A stretch of DNA of 63,866 nucleotides, filler included, from Phoronis australis (taxonomy: Eukaryota > Animalia > Phoronida), in the NCBI GenBank assembly GCA_002633005.1. It is 7 parts of 7 records of this genome, joined end to end, with 100 filler letters (N's around TTAATTAATTAA, not from the genome) between each part and the next. Parts side by side here need not be neighbours in the genome. Positions count along the whole stretch, not along the records: positions 1 to 31,529 come from NMRA01000488.1; 6 more parts are not named here. One strand, 5' to 3'. Below, piece by piece: positions 1-10,989 of this stretch (position 1 is its first letter; every line of letters begins with the position of its first letter). The translations under genes were made by a program, and so were the position numbers. The notes below the pieces were generated by a model. That model saw only the letters and a program-made list of their open reading frames with translations, was not told where the DNA came from and did not search any database.

Positions 1-989
1 CCACCAGGGGGCATCTTTATGAAACATGTTACCTGAATGTATACCATGCTGCCAAGATCTCAATACCTTTATTAACGAATTAAGTCGCCATATACGCCAC
101 GCTTGTGAATGCCAACTTTGCCTACGCTGTCAAATACTGTCTTTTGATGCTCGATAAGTTATGTATGCTTGTTTTCTGAACATAGCCCTTCCACCTCTTT
201 TGAGCATATTAATTTCTCATTTTATATCGGTCACTAGCTGTTCCCCCGTTGTATACCGATTACTTACCAGTGGCGGATCTACGTTTTCAGTAAGGGGGGT
301 TTAGGATTCCCGCAAAGGTCGAATCCTAGGCGCGTGGCGCCGAGTGGGGGGAGGTCGGGAGGGGGGACATTTTTTGTTTTTGTAGCCAAATAGTGAATTT
401 CCATGCATCCTGGTAAGTTTCTGGCACTTAACATGTCTCTGGAGTTTTTCTTAATATAATTAAAAACCCTTCTCGATTTCGTCACATGAACTTGGCTCAT
501 AAGTTTCGTGAAACCATATTGTTCACATCTGGGTAAGAGTCACGCCACCAAAAAAGTTTTTGTTGGAACATCTGCTTACACACACCTTTGTTAGCATACG
601 AAAAGTCGTATACGCAAAAGTGTGGTGTGTATACAGGGGTTTAGACAACTTCCAAATATTCAAGAGCATAAGGAGCTCCGACGGGGCGTAAAAACTTGAA
701 TATCAGATGATCGTGTAACAGCAGCCTCAAGTTGTTTAAGAACGAAGACCTGCACTGTTAGTCCGGAAATAAACATGTGTTCTGTCTCGTTACGAGAAAA
801 ACTAGCGAACGATGGTGCTCTCAGCTCATAGTCTATTATTAAAAGTGACAATAAATAATTAAGTGTCAATTTATTAAGCTGAATCACGTTGACAACAATT
901 GGAAAACGCCAAATGTATGAGGAAACAAATCATCTGAAAACAGTTTCACGAAACCAAAACATTCTGTACACCGTGGTGAAAAGATATAC

Positions 990-1268
990 TGGACTAGTTT
1001 GCAGAGGGACCAGATGTACACTGAGAGTACACAAAAAGGTTGACCTGGTCCGTCACGAGACCAAGAGTACACCTGTGCTTATTATCCCTATAAAAATAGT
1101 CGATCTGTCGCGGGACCAAACAGTACTGGCTGAGATAAATAATTTTACAAAGCACACTTTGGTAAAAAATCACAAAACTAGTTGGCCGAGGGACCAGAAG
1201 TACACTGAAACTCAACATCTACACAGATCAAGCTGGCCTGGTCCGTCGCGAGACCTAAAGTGCACTAT
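990..1268. repeat. Degenerate spaced repeats (about 5 units, core ..G(A/G)GACC..GTACAC..)
   Basis: ctagtttgcagagggaccagatgtacactga (~993) recurs as ctagttggccgagggaccagaagtacactga (~1178). ctggtccgtcacgagaccaagagtacac (~1045) recurs as ctggtccgtcgcgagacctaaagtgcac (~1238). A middle unit lies at ~1102. Confidence 0.55.
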
Positions 1269-1327
1269 GCAAAAAAATTTGAATTGAAAACTTCTCTCTA
1301 GACACTTTTTAATCCCCAGTGGTTACT

Positions 1328-1990
1328 CATACGTTAGTCCTATCATTCTATTGTCTAGACTGCCGAGGAATCCGTATATCGGATACAGTGGTTTGGAACC
1401 ATTCTACCCAGATATCTTCGATGTTTGTTCCCAACGCTTGCACTTCGTCAACTGCTGTGTCAATGAGCTTGTAAGCCTCTACAATGTCAGCATCTCGTTT
1501 CGCAGCTCAGTTGGTACTAAGACCCTTGTGGTTGCCAAGTCCATTCAAAAGACTTAGGCCTACATGCGCAACTAAATTTGATCCGTACATCATGGACTAC
1601 TTCAAACCTTGACGACGTATCCCAGGATCTATTTGCATCTCTTGCAATTTTCGAAATAAACGTCCCAATGTCTGAACGCTTGAAACCCGAAGTACTAACA
1701 TCAAATAAATGCCCATGGGCATGAGCGCTTCATCGGGTGGGCCTGTCTTCGGAAATTCCCAGGATAGAAGACGGCAGTGTGCTTATTGCAGGTACACTGT
1801 AGAAAGACAGTAGGTGTTGAGGTCGGAACTACGGCTCTTTAGGAGGCCTGTTGAACATCGCACGAGTCCCGCAAGACTTTGTTGTGAAAGAACAGCCTCC
1901 CCGCAATTTCTGGTACTGTACACTGTTCACGAATTCGGTCACTTTGTCAATGTGAGTGTCCCCTTGGTCATTCCTTGTATAGACATAACT
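1328..1990 (-). mobile_element. Decayed hAT transposase remnant (THAP12/PRKRIR-ZMYM1-like group)
   Basis: My minus-strand translation of 1560->1328 gives GLSLLNGLGNHKGLSTN*AAKRDADIVEAYKLIDTAVDEVQALGTNIEDIWVEWFQTTVSDIRIPRQSRQ*NDRTNV. This matches the hAT pattern KGLS..LQ..D.DI..A...I...W....IPR..RQ..R.N. Stops and frameshifts are present, and the upstream boundary is approximate. Confidence 0.7.
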
Positions 1991-2645
1991 TGTTAGAGTG
2001 TATCTTCATACGGACTCGCGACCACACCACGGCGCCCGCCACAATAGCAATTCTTCGGAAAAAGAATATAATTTTTTTCAAAAATATTACATGTATATGT
2101 ACAGTGTAATAGTGTATGATATTACGCAAGACAACTTTACTATACATCTGTTACAAACGTGTGGAGTGTAATAGAATGACACCGCATGACAGATGAGGTA
2201 AAAAATGTTGCACGTCAATTCGCCTGAATATCAGGGTTGAAGAACCACAGTATTTCCCCTAATCAAATCAAAACATATGTTAGAGTAAAGAAGCTAGTCA
2301 CCTAAAGAAATCACTTAGAGCTGCTCTTTCAGCGGAAGATACATCTAAATCTAAAATGCTTGGCTACTTCAGAAGTGTCGACGGAAGCGCGCGCACAATT
2401 GATCTCCGCGCGTTTTTGCCGATGAGCCACGAAGACTCAGCAATTCAAAATGCAAAAAAAAATATATTTTCAAAGTGAACCCCCACCCCCCTCAATTTTT
2501 TCCACGTTGGTTTACTTGGGGTTTATACACGCTAATGGAGCCGTTTTTGTTTTGCTGGAGACGTTTTTGTTGTTTTTTTTTATTTTTGGGTCCTGGCCCA
2601 AGGGAGGGTTTAAACCCCCTGAACCCCCACCCCCCGGCGCCTCTG
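1520..2645 (+). repeat. Arm 1 of a ~1.1-kb inverted duplication (partner 16118-17466)
   Basis: It aligns by eye along its length to the reverse complement of 16118-17466. For example, 1620-1720 cccaggatctatttgcatctcttgcaattttcgaaataaacgtcccaatgtctgaacgcttgaaacccgaagtactaacatc matches 17290-17372. Confidence 0.95.
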
Positions 2646-4774
2646 CTTACTAGGCATACTCGCTCGTTCCCTACGTGCCTAGCCAGCACGCTGGCTACCG
2701 ACCACCCAACGGCACGCAGGCAACCAGCGAGTCTATAGGCATACCGTCTGAAGGTTTGCAAATATCAATGCAGTGAACATTTTTCTATAACTGATCGACT
2801 ACCACATGGACTAGAGTGGCCGGGGTTACAGAGGTGTCCTAGTTGCTGAGCGGACATCAAATACGCGGAATTAAAAGTAAAAGATCCCCCATAGCGCGAT
2901 GAGTGAATCACCTTGAGAAGCTCAACATTCGTTACCAACAGCACAATGTATAGCGTTGTATGCTATATGTTTATCAATTTGATTTGTGTGCACATCGGCT
3001 GAATAAGCTAGTTGTCATTAACAGCTAATTTTTATTATTACACATAATGCACATTGCAGTAAATAGATAAACATTAAGCTATCCTATCCAATAAGCATAC
3101 TCTTTACTTGTACTTCTAGGTCTCCATCATAGATAAACATTCGTCATTTCGTTTCAACCTTTATTGAAAGAATGATGGAGACCTCTACATAACATCAAGG
3201 TGTAGTCACAAAGACAATATGGTGGGAAGCTAGCTACAGAGTCACCTAGTGGTTATAGTATGAACTATCATATGTAAACCAAAGACGCTACGGTCTCTGT
3301 GTAAACATGTATTTTGCCGCTATCTGAGGGCTCCACCGCCTTGTCGACAATGGAATGACGTAAGTGAACTTGGAATCAAGATTAAACGGAAATGAGTGTT
3401 GCGTGAACTTGGAATACGCGAGGCAACTTGACAAGTTCACTCAAATAATCACGTTCATGTTCATAAAAATTTGCAATGCACTAAATCAAGTTGGGCTTAC
3501 ATACATTTGAATAAAAATAACTGATCACATGAGTAGCCATTCACATATTCCTCAGGTTCAGCTACACAAGTTGTACGGTAATGGAGAAAACGGTTGATCG
3601 CGAGGTCAATAATTACAAAAATTCTTTTCGCCGAACAAAAATTTCCTCTTTTTGCCTTAAAGAATGTTCAATTCCAAGTTGACGCGCAGCAGGAATACTC
3701 GAACGGAGTTACCGGCCACGCGGTTCGTCGGTGCTATGCCAAATTTGACGTAAGAATAGATTCGATATTTCACAGGTATCATGCACCAACCTTGCTTAAA
3801 TACAGTCGGGCAATCGTAACCTCCCGTCGTGACTAATTTCTGTCGCCTCAGTACCACAGCACGTCCGAAGTAACATCAATTCAATGAAAGCAGAGTCGTC
3901 AATGATTGTTCGACTCAAAATCTAGGTCACTGAGCGTTGTTGCTGCGCCCTTTGACCCCAGCCAAATCTCGTCCTCAACCCTCAAGATGGCGCTGATCGG
4001 TTTATCCATTTGAGGCTTTGGTAGGAGATCAATGAGCTACATAAATTCCTTAATTTATCTCATTAACATTTGCTATCATATTGGGTGGCACTGAGAAGTT
4101 AGGCTGTATAGCCACAGGACATTTTCTAGTTTAGGCTGTAGCCACAGGACATTTACTAGTTCCTAGCTAGAATTTAAATACAGGGCGTTTGTCAAGTTTG
4201 GCGGGATGTTTGAGGGAATTTGCCAGGAAAATGATTTACTTGTGTTTTTGAATGCGAAAAGCCAAGTTTTCAGCCGTGACCCACTTTCCCTGCAAAATTG
4301 TGGCTGTCGCTTGCTTTCAACCTCTGTCGCCTGCTGACTGAGTAAACGGGTGCGATTTCAGGTGGCTGTCAGACAGGTCCAAATTGCGAAAAAGTAGGCC
4401 TAGCTGGTAAGGGGCGTACTATGACCACATTTTTAGAATCTAGAGAGAAGGAGAATGAATTCTGAATCTGTTGTCAGATTTTTTTCTACCACTTGCATTG
4501 AAGTAGTAAATCTGGAGAGAAAACCGTCAAATTTGGTGTTTTTGGTCCTATTTTTGTGTGCCGGGTATTTTTTCCCGATATGAGTTAGCCGATTAAAGTG
4601 TAGCAAAAGTAAGTTTCAGTTATCATGAGTAGTGCTTTTGAGTTGGGAACGCCAAAAAACCTTTTGTTTTTTTCAGACTCTCGAAAAGCACGTGAGATAA
4701 GGACTCGTCTCCAGTTGGGTGTGTGTCGGCAGCCAAAACCCTGTTGTAACTGTAGTGTGCCCCCTTGGCGTTCT

Positions 4775-5310
4775 TTAGTGTATCATTGTTGGCTGTGACA
4801 TAATTCCGATATTGTTCGAGTACGGTATTTTACACGAATACAGAGAGATTCGCGTCGCTTTATAGGAGCGGATCCAGGATTTTGAGATGGGGGGAGGGCA
4901 GGGAAGAGTATTAACTAGGATTTTGCCGGTCAGACATTCGCACCGGGGTTCGCTGGATACCATCTAACTAGAATGAACTTTTAACAGATATCATTTTGTG
5001 TTTTTAATTTTTTCATGCTTAATTACATGCATCTATTTATTTTAAAATGCAAATATATTTCGCATTCTAAGAGTTGACCATTTCTCCCAGGCTTTCGTAG
5101 AAACGACTTTTATTCACATTCAGCTCATACTTCTATCGTGCATATCTGTAGAAGATGTGTACTACGGATAACTGGACACCCTGAGCTCAGTTATTCAGTT
5201 CACGTTTATTTTCTCGTTCACGTAAACATTTAGGTTTTGGAAACCCGTTTTCGTTACTGTAACGTGAATCGGCACGTGATAATTCACGGTTTGGAAATAA
5301 AACTGGTAGT
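4775..5310 (+). repeat. Dispersed non-autonomous repeat, related copy at 9652-10170
   Basis: Both places share the blocks tattttacacgaatacagagagattcgcgtcgcttta, ggggttcgctggata and ttcgcattc..gagttga..ttcgtagaaacga. A terminal cgtgataattcacg (~5275) mirrors gtgaattatcacg (~9681). Confidence 0.6.
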
Positions 5311-5329
5311 GATGACGTGATTCCTACAA

Positions 5330-6855
5330 AAGAAATTTTGTCTTAGACAAAAAATCTTTTAGATTTTTGGGGGTGGATTTTGACACTCAATTGGATAGTA
5401 TGACACATAAGAACTTCACTGCAAGAATAACTGAGATCAAGTCTTTACTAAAAAGTTGGAGTCGACGAAATTTAACTCCGTTTGGTAGAGTAACGGTAAT
5501 TAAAACATTAGCTATTTCTAAACTTAATTTTTTTTGTCAAGTTTACCAAATCCATCAGTGAAAGTCTTGGGTGAATTGAATACGACATTTTTTAGATTTG
5601 TATGGCAGGCCCGTAATGATAAAATTAAACGAACTACGGCCTGTTTAGGACTTGATCAAGGGGGAATTCAAATGGTTAATATGCATACTTTCAGCAAAGC
5701 TTTAAAACACGCTATGGCCCGTAGATATCTTGAAAGCCCTGCGTCTAAAAGTGGTGAATTACTGTACTCACTCTACCCGTTCTTAAATCATTTTTCTTCA
5801 TTTGGAGATGACTTTATTAAGTCGAAGTTAACTCTAATTGGTAATTCCTACTGGCGCAAGGTGTTTGGAAGTATGTTATCTTTCTACAAGAAAATAATTG
5901 TTGCAAGTAAAGAGGTCTTTTTGAACCAACCTTTGTGGTTTAATAGTAACTTGGCGATCGGAGGCACAGGTGTTTTTTATAAGCCTTGGTTTGTAAAAGG
6001 CTTAAGATTTATTAGAGATATGTATACCTCTGATGGTGATTTTGTTAGTCTAAACAATATGAAAAATAGGTTCGACGTGAAAACCAACTTTGTAGAATAT
6101 AATGGTGTTGTTTCTGTTCTAAAAAGGTTTCAAAAAAGTCTATTTCAAAGTAAATTTAAAAGTGTTAATGTCTACTCTCCTTGCATGCCTTTAGCAATTA
6201 CTCACTTACGGAAAGATTTGAAGGGTTGTAGACATATTTGTTCAGTCTTTAATAACGTTAAGAAACCTAAGTCAGAGTCTAAATGGGAAATAGAGCTANN
6301 NNNNNNNNNNNNNNNNNNNNNNNNNNNNNNNNNNNNNNNNNNNNNNNNNNNNNNNNNNNNNNNNNNNNNNNNNNNNNNNNNNNNNNNNNNNNNNNNNNNN
6401 NNNNNNNNNNNNNNNNNNNNNNNNNNNNNNNNNNNNNNAAAGCTACTTCAAAAGTGTGGCATTCAGCTTCCCAACTGTCTGTCTTACGATATTGTTATTC
6501 TTGGACTTTACAAGACGCATGATTTTCTATTTAACATTTTGCTTCTACTAGCTAAACAGTACATTTACAAGGAGAGATGTCACAAAAATATACCTAATTT
6601 TCTCAAGTTCCTTACAAAAACTTATGAATACTATAATGCTGAAAAATTAAATGCACATAAAAACTTTGTATATGACAGCTTCTCTGCAAAATGGGAAAAA
6701 TTTATTGTTTCATGTTAACTTCATGTAGAAGATATTTACTTTAAACGAGATATGAGAATGGTCTTCCTGAGGTGTGCATGCATGCATGAATGGTGTACTT
6801 ATTTGTTTGTTTGTTTTTGTAATTGTTTGTAAATGATAATAAATACATAAAAAAA
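5330..6855 (+). mobile_element. 5'-truncated L1/Tx1-like LINE, ORF2 C-terminal part plus 3' UTR
   Basis: Translation FRFLGVDF..KSWSRRNLTPFGRVTVIKTLAISKLN..LPNPS..FFRFVWQ..DKIKR..GGIQM..QPLWFNSN..LLLLAKQYIYK..KW is typical of the post-RT region of L1/Tx1. There is a frameshift in the T8 run at 5528-5535, an N gap at 6299-6438, a stop at 6718, AATAAA at 6838-6843 and A7 at 6849-6855. No clear TSD. Confidence 0.9.
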
Positions 6856-7277
6856 CGTACAGGGAACGAAAGGGGGCAAGTTTGTGTCGCTGATAAAAGC
6901 ATCACTACCTGTAGCATACTCCATGATTAGGTAAATATACACTTATATATAAAACATGGACTGCTATTGAGTAGGCCTATATATAAATGAACAAGCAAAT
7001 AGTGAAAGAAAATCACATTCATAACGTTTCAGATATTTTTATATTATTTGAAGCATCTATTGTAAATTTTCGATCAAGTGTGGAACATTGAATCTGGATG
7101 GATGTGTGACCAAGGTCAACCTAGTCACTTCACTGCAAAAACTGTACACCAACAAACTTTCAGATGCGTGGAATTAGTTTGTCTTATCATTTGTGCTACG
7201 GAATCGCCTACCGGATTACATACTCTTGCGTGGGAACAGATTGAATCAACCGGGCACTCATATAGAGGTTAACGTGT

Positions 7278-7697
7278 CAGTGCCGAGTGCATGAAACAGT
7301 CCCAAGTAGGGACTCAGCTAAGGTCACTGTGTCTTTATGGACTCACAGATGCAATATTTTTCAACCATTTCAGTTTATTATGAACTCTTTTTTGATTAAT
7401 GACATTTTCTAATAATATAACTAAAAACTGAGCCCAGAGTTCATTGAAAATAAATAGAGAATCGGTCCTTAAATTGGAGGTGTTTCATGAAAAGATTCCT
7501 AATTATTGTCGATAATATTGGCAATTCAACGTGGATTTCACTCTCGATTTGTATCGAAGTCAAAAGTTGACTTAGTAATGAAACTAAAACAATACAAAAA
7601 AGGGCAATCGATGTTTTCACAAGTCCAAAAATACGCAGTAGATTCAGGGAACTAAGTTGAGTCCTTGTTTGGGACTGTTTCATGCAGCCGGGCACTG
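7278..7697. mobile_element. MITE with ~50-bp imperfect terminal inverted repeats
   Basis: Left end cagtgccgagtgcatgaaacagtcccaagtagggactcagctaag. Reverse complement of the right end cagtgcccggctgcatgaaacagtcccaaacaaggactcaacttag. The interior is AT-rich and no TSD is evident. Confidence 0.8.
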
Positions 7698-8037
7698 ATC
7701 TACACAGTTTGGTTTTTGGCATCCGTCTCGTCTCATTTTAAGAAATTCCATGTTATTTTTTGGTGCCTTATCCTCTCAACATTTGCTTTTCAACAATGAC
7801 AACGTCATCCTGTCCAATGACGACTGAAACTAATCCCCTCCCCCGTGACAAGCAACTTGATGAGCCTGGATGGAAGAATGTATGTTTATTAGACAGACGA
7901 AACAGTCGCTTCGATTTATATCCGGAACTGCCCACGGGAGACAATCCACAATACATAACAATACCAAGCTTGGACATCATTTCTGATCTTAGTATTAAGG
8001 AACACGAGACAAGATGGATTTTAAAGTAGTAAACGCT

Positions 8038-8723
8038 CTATAAGCGTATTCTTACTTGACCCTCTAAGCTAGATTTTTCGCCAATGTGAGTGAAGAGTCT
8101 GTCTGGATAATTTACCAAGTCTGTCTGTTCCCGAAGATTTTTCCACTTTTCCATCGCCCAATCAATAGGAAATTCGTCATAGAACAGCATGACGAAATGA
8201 ACCAGCTGCTCTAAGTCAGAACATTTAAACGCCACCGCGTTATATCTTTCGTTGAACTGTACAAACACCCAGCTCCTCAAGGCGATGAGATTCAAATGTG
8301 CTTTTAGCTTTTTATAGAATCCCGGCGCCGCAACAACATCGTCTTCCATATGAAGAACGTACTCCGCTAAAGGGGCACAATAATGCCAAAGGAGGGCGTA
8401 GTCGATGGCTTGCTTAGAGCGCCAGTAAACCCGGTTTTCCGAATCCCCATACCTTTTCCTAAGATTTTCCAGCGATGGGTAATATTGTTTCTTCGTCGTA
8501 ATAATTTGTATGAAGCCAGTCTTGATTAATTCAGGGTATGCATCCATGACATGGTTTCGTGTTTGCGTCCGTTCACCTTCGTCAAAGTCAGTCACAAATA
8601 TGACCACATTGAACTCCGCTTTCTCCTCTTTCGTTGTACCTTCAATGATGGATTGAAGACTTGTGTACAAATATGAAACACCGCCTGACCGTTTCGCAGT
8701 TACCATACCGATTGTGAGAAATC
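8038..8723 (-). CDS. MGAT4C: MGAT4-family (GT54) N-acetylglucosaminyltransferase catalytic exon, MGAT4C-like
   Basis: Motifs FLTIG..TAKR..SYLYTSLQSII, YYPSLENLRKRYGDSENRVYWRSKQAIDYALL, YVLHMEDDVVAAPGF, FYDEFPIDW and LFTHIGEKSSL. Acceptor ttgttttcag|GA at 8724/8723 (phase 1). It ends at TAG 8038, or possibly at a CAA|gtaaga donor near 8055. Confidence 0.9.
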
Positions 8724-9651
8724 CTGAAAACAAATTTAAAATACTGACCAACAAAATGGCGCATATAATTTTCCTCCAACAATTTGTGCAATGCCTTCAG
8801 GTATTTTGTGGCAACGTGTTCAAGTGGAACGAGCAGGACTGCTTTGTAACTATTGCAAATTCTATTTTCAAACAACCACAAGTTTAAACGAGAGTCACAA
8901 AATGGAGGATTACAGAATTATCGGATTCACGAGACAAGCCATGGAGTTATCGGAGTCACGAGGCTGGCCAAGAAACTGTCGACATTCGATAGACTTGCCA
9001 TCGAACTATCAGACACACGAGTCCGGTACTTCATTGGACTGTTGCATTCACAAGGGTGTGTTATATAAAACTTGTCCCATCGGAGCACTTTGATAAATAA
9101 GCGAAGAACGCCAAATCATACATTTTTAAAATCAATTACTTATTAGTTTCTATGAAACGTCTGGAAATTCGACCGCTCATCTATATATGGTGAGAAAATT
9201 GTAAAATAGTTCCAAATGTTAGAGATAAGGAGGGAATTTTCAAATAAATGTGATTCGTTGCAGTACATAGGTCCGAGATCAACGAACAAAACGTTTTCAA
9301 GCAACAATGCAATGGCAAAACCGTGTAGCTTTTGCTGTACATGTCGTTTTGTGGTCATTAGTGGACGCAGGTAAGATAATATTTCATACTCTTACTTTGT
9401 GAAATGTTCGGTGTAACTGTTCGTAGATTCTGTGGTGGTGAACCTCTGCATTTTAGTTCTAAAAATAGTTCTTGTGTTATGTTTATTTTGACAAAATGTC
9501 ACGCTGAAGAAGCTTCTTTTGGGAATTTCAAAAGCTTTGGTTACATTAATTTGCCGTTTAATTTATTTCATAGAGTCTCAAAAACATATGTTTCATACTT
9601 GTGTACACATTTATTCCTTTAAAGGGGCATTTAGTCGCTGTTGAGCCGTCA

Positions 9652-10170
9652 ATAGAGAGGTTTCGCAAAGCGGCGTGAACGTGAATTATCACGCATTTTG
9701 ATGCCATAAATTCATGGGCGGCGCACCATAGGGTACTTGGGGGGGGGGGGGNNNNNNNNNNNNNNNNNCCATAGCCCCCACTTTTTCAGTGCTACGCCAC
9801 CCATTCATACATGCCATTGATGGCTGTGACGTAATCCCAATAATGGTGTGTATTTTACATGAATACAGAGAGATCCGCGTCGCTTTAAACGCGAAACCTG
9901 TTCTTATTTGGTACGCCAGCGAAATGATTTTTATTTTGATAGGGTTTCTCAATCTTTCTTCTTTGCTTCAGTATAAAATGAATACGATTCTTTTGTCTAT
10001 AAATGTTTATTAATTCTAACTAAGGAATGCCTTTTCCAAAATCCTTATTCTGCTGGGGTTCGCTGGATATCATTTCGCATTCAAAGAGTTGATCATTATT
10101 CGTAGGAGTTCGTAGAAACGATTTTTTCACATTCAAAATATGTTTCTATGTTTCATATCTGTAACGGATA
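9652..10170 (+). repeat. Dispersed repeat related to 4775-5310, interrupted by a short GC-rich MITE (~9716-9802)
   Basis: It shares blocks with 4775-5310. The insert gggcggcgcaccat...ctacgccaccc is flanked by attcat on both sides and resembles the reverse complement of 62428-62510. Confidence 0.6.
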
Positions 10171-10989
10171 ACATCGGGATATCCTGTTATCGTAGTACAT
10201 ATTACTAAACATTGCCACGCTCGTCCGGTCTTGAATTGTTGCCGAAACCGACAACTCAACCCACAAGCAATATGAACAGGCGTAGATTTCAACCTCGCAA
10301 TAGATTTGGTCACCTCCAATAAACATTCTTTAGATCCCTGATGATTACAGTGTTACTTGTTCGAAACGGAACTAGAATCGTATGGTGGAAAGGAAACTTT
10401 ATTATAAGTCCTAATTCAATTCAGCAAAACAAGCCGAAATGCAGCGTTAGTTATTACATAAGTACGCGAATCATGACGGGAGAGTTTAAAGCTACACCTA
10501 AGGCAAAATACGAAATATAAATCATATTTTTAGTGAGACGTACATTTTTACAACGGCGAAGGGTGGATCCAGGATTTTGAGTTGGGCGGGGGCCAGGGCA
10601 CAGGAATAACCATAATTTGACTAAAAAAGGGGGAAAGGGGGTTTGTCCAGGGCCTATGCATTGTTTGCATTGTTTATTCACCCCCTGGTTGCGCGCGTGT
10701 ACTAGTCAGCAATTCGCACCCGAATTCCCAAATGGTATCTGGTAGAATTTTAGGGGGGCCAAGGGGGCCACTGGTCGCAGAAGTAGGACTCATTTTACAC
10801 AGACTCCGTCCCTGTTCTTTAGGCACACGAATCTCAGTGGGCCGTGAATAAAATGCACGACTTTTGTCTCAATCGTCACCACAATAGTTCTACAGAGCTT
10901 TTACACATAAAATAAGTCGATTTGTTCTTGGCCCTTATTTTCTCTCAACCCACCACACCCACCCAAACAAATTGGAAATAAATTCATGT

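Noticed and set aside
1-15. CTCF-like motifs (ccaccagggggc at 1; ccactagg variants at ~12508, 41367, 41781 and 46208)
   Set aside because: These are short motifs, mostly inside repeats, and cannot be supported without binding data.
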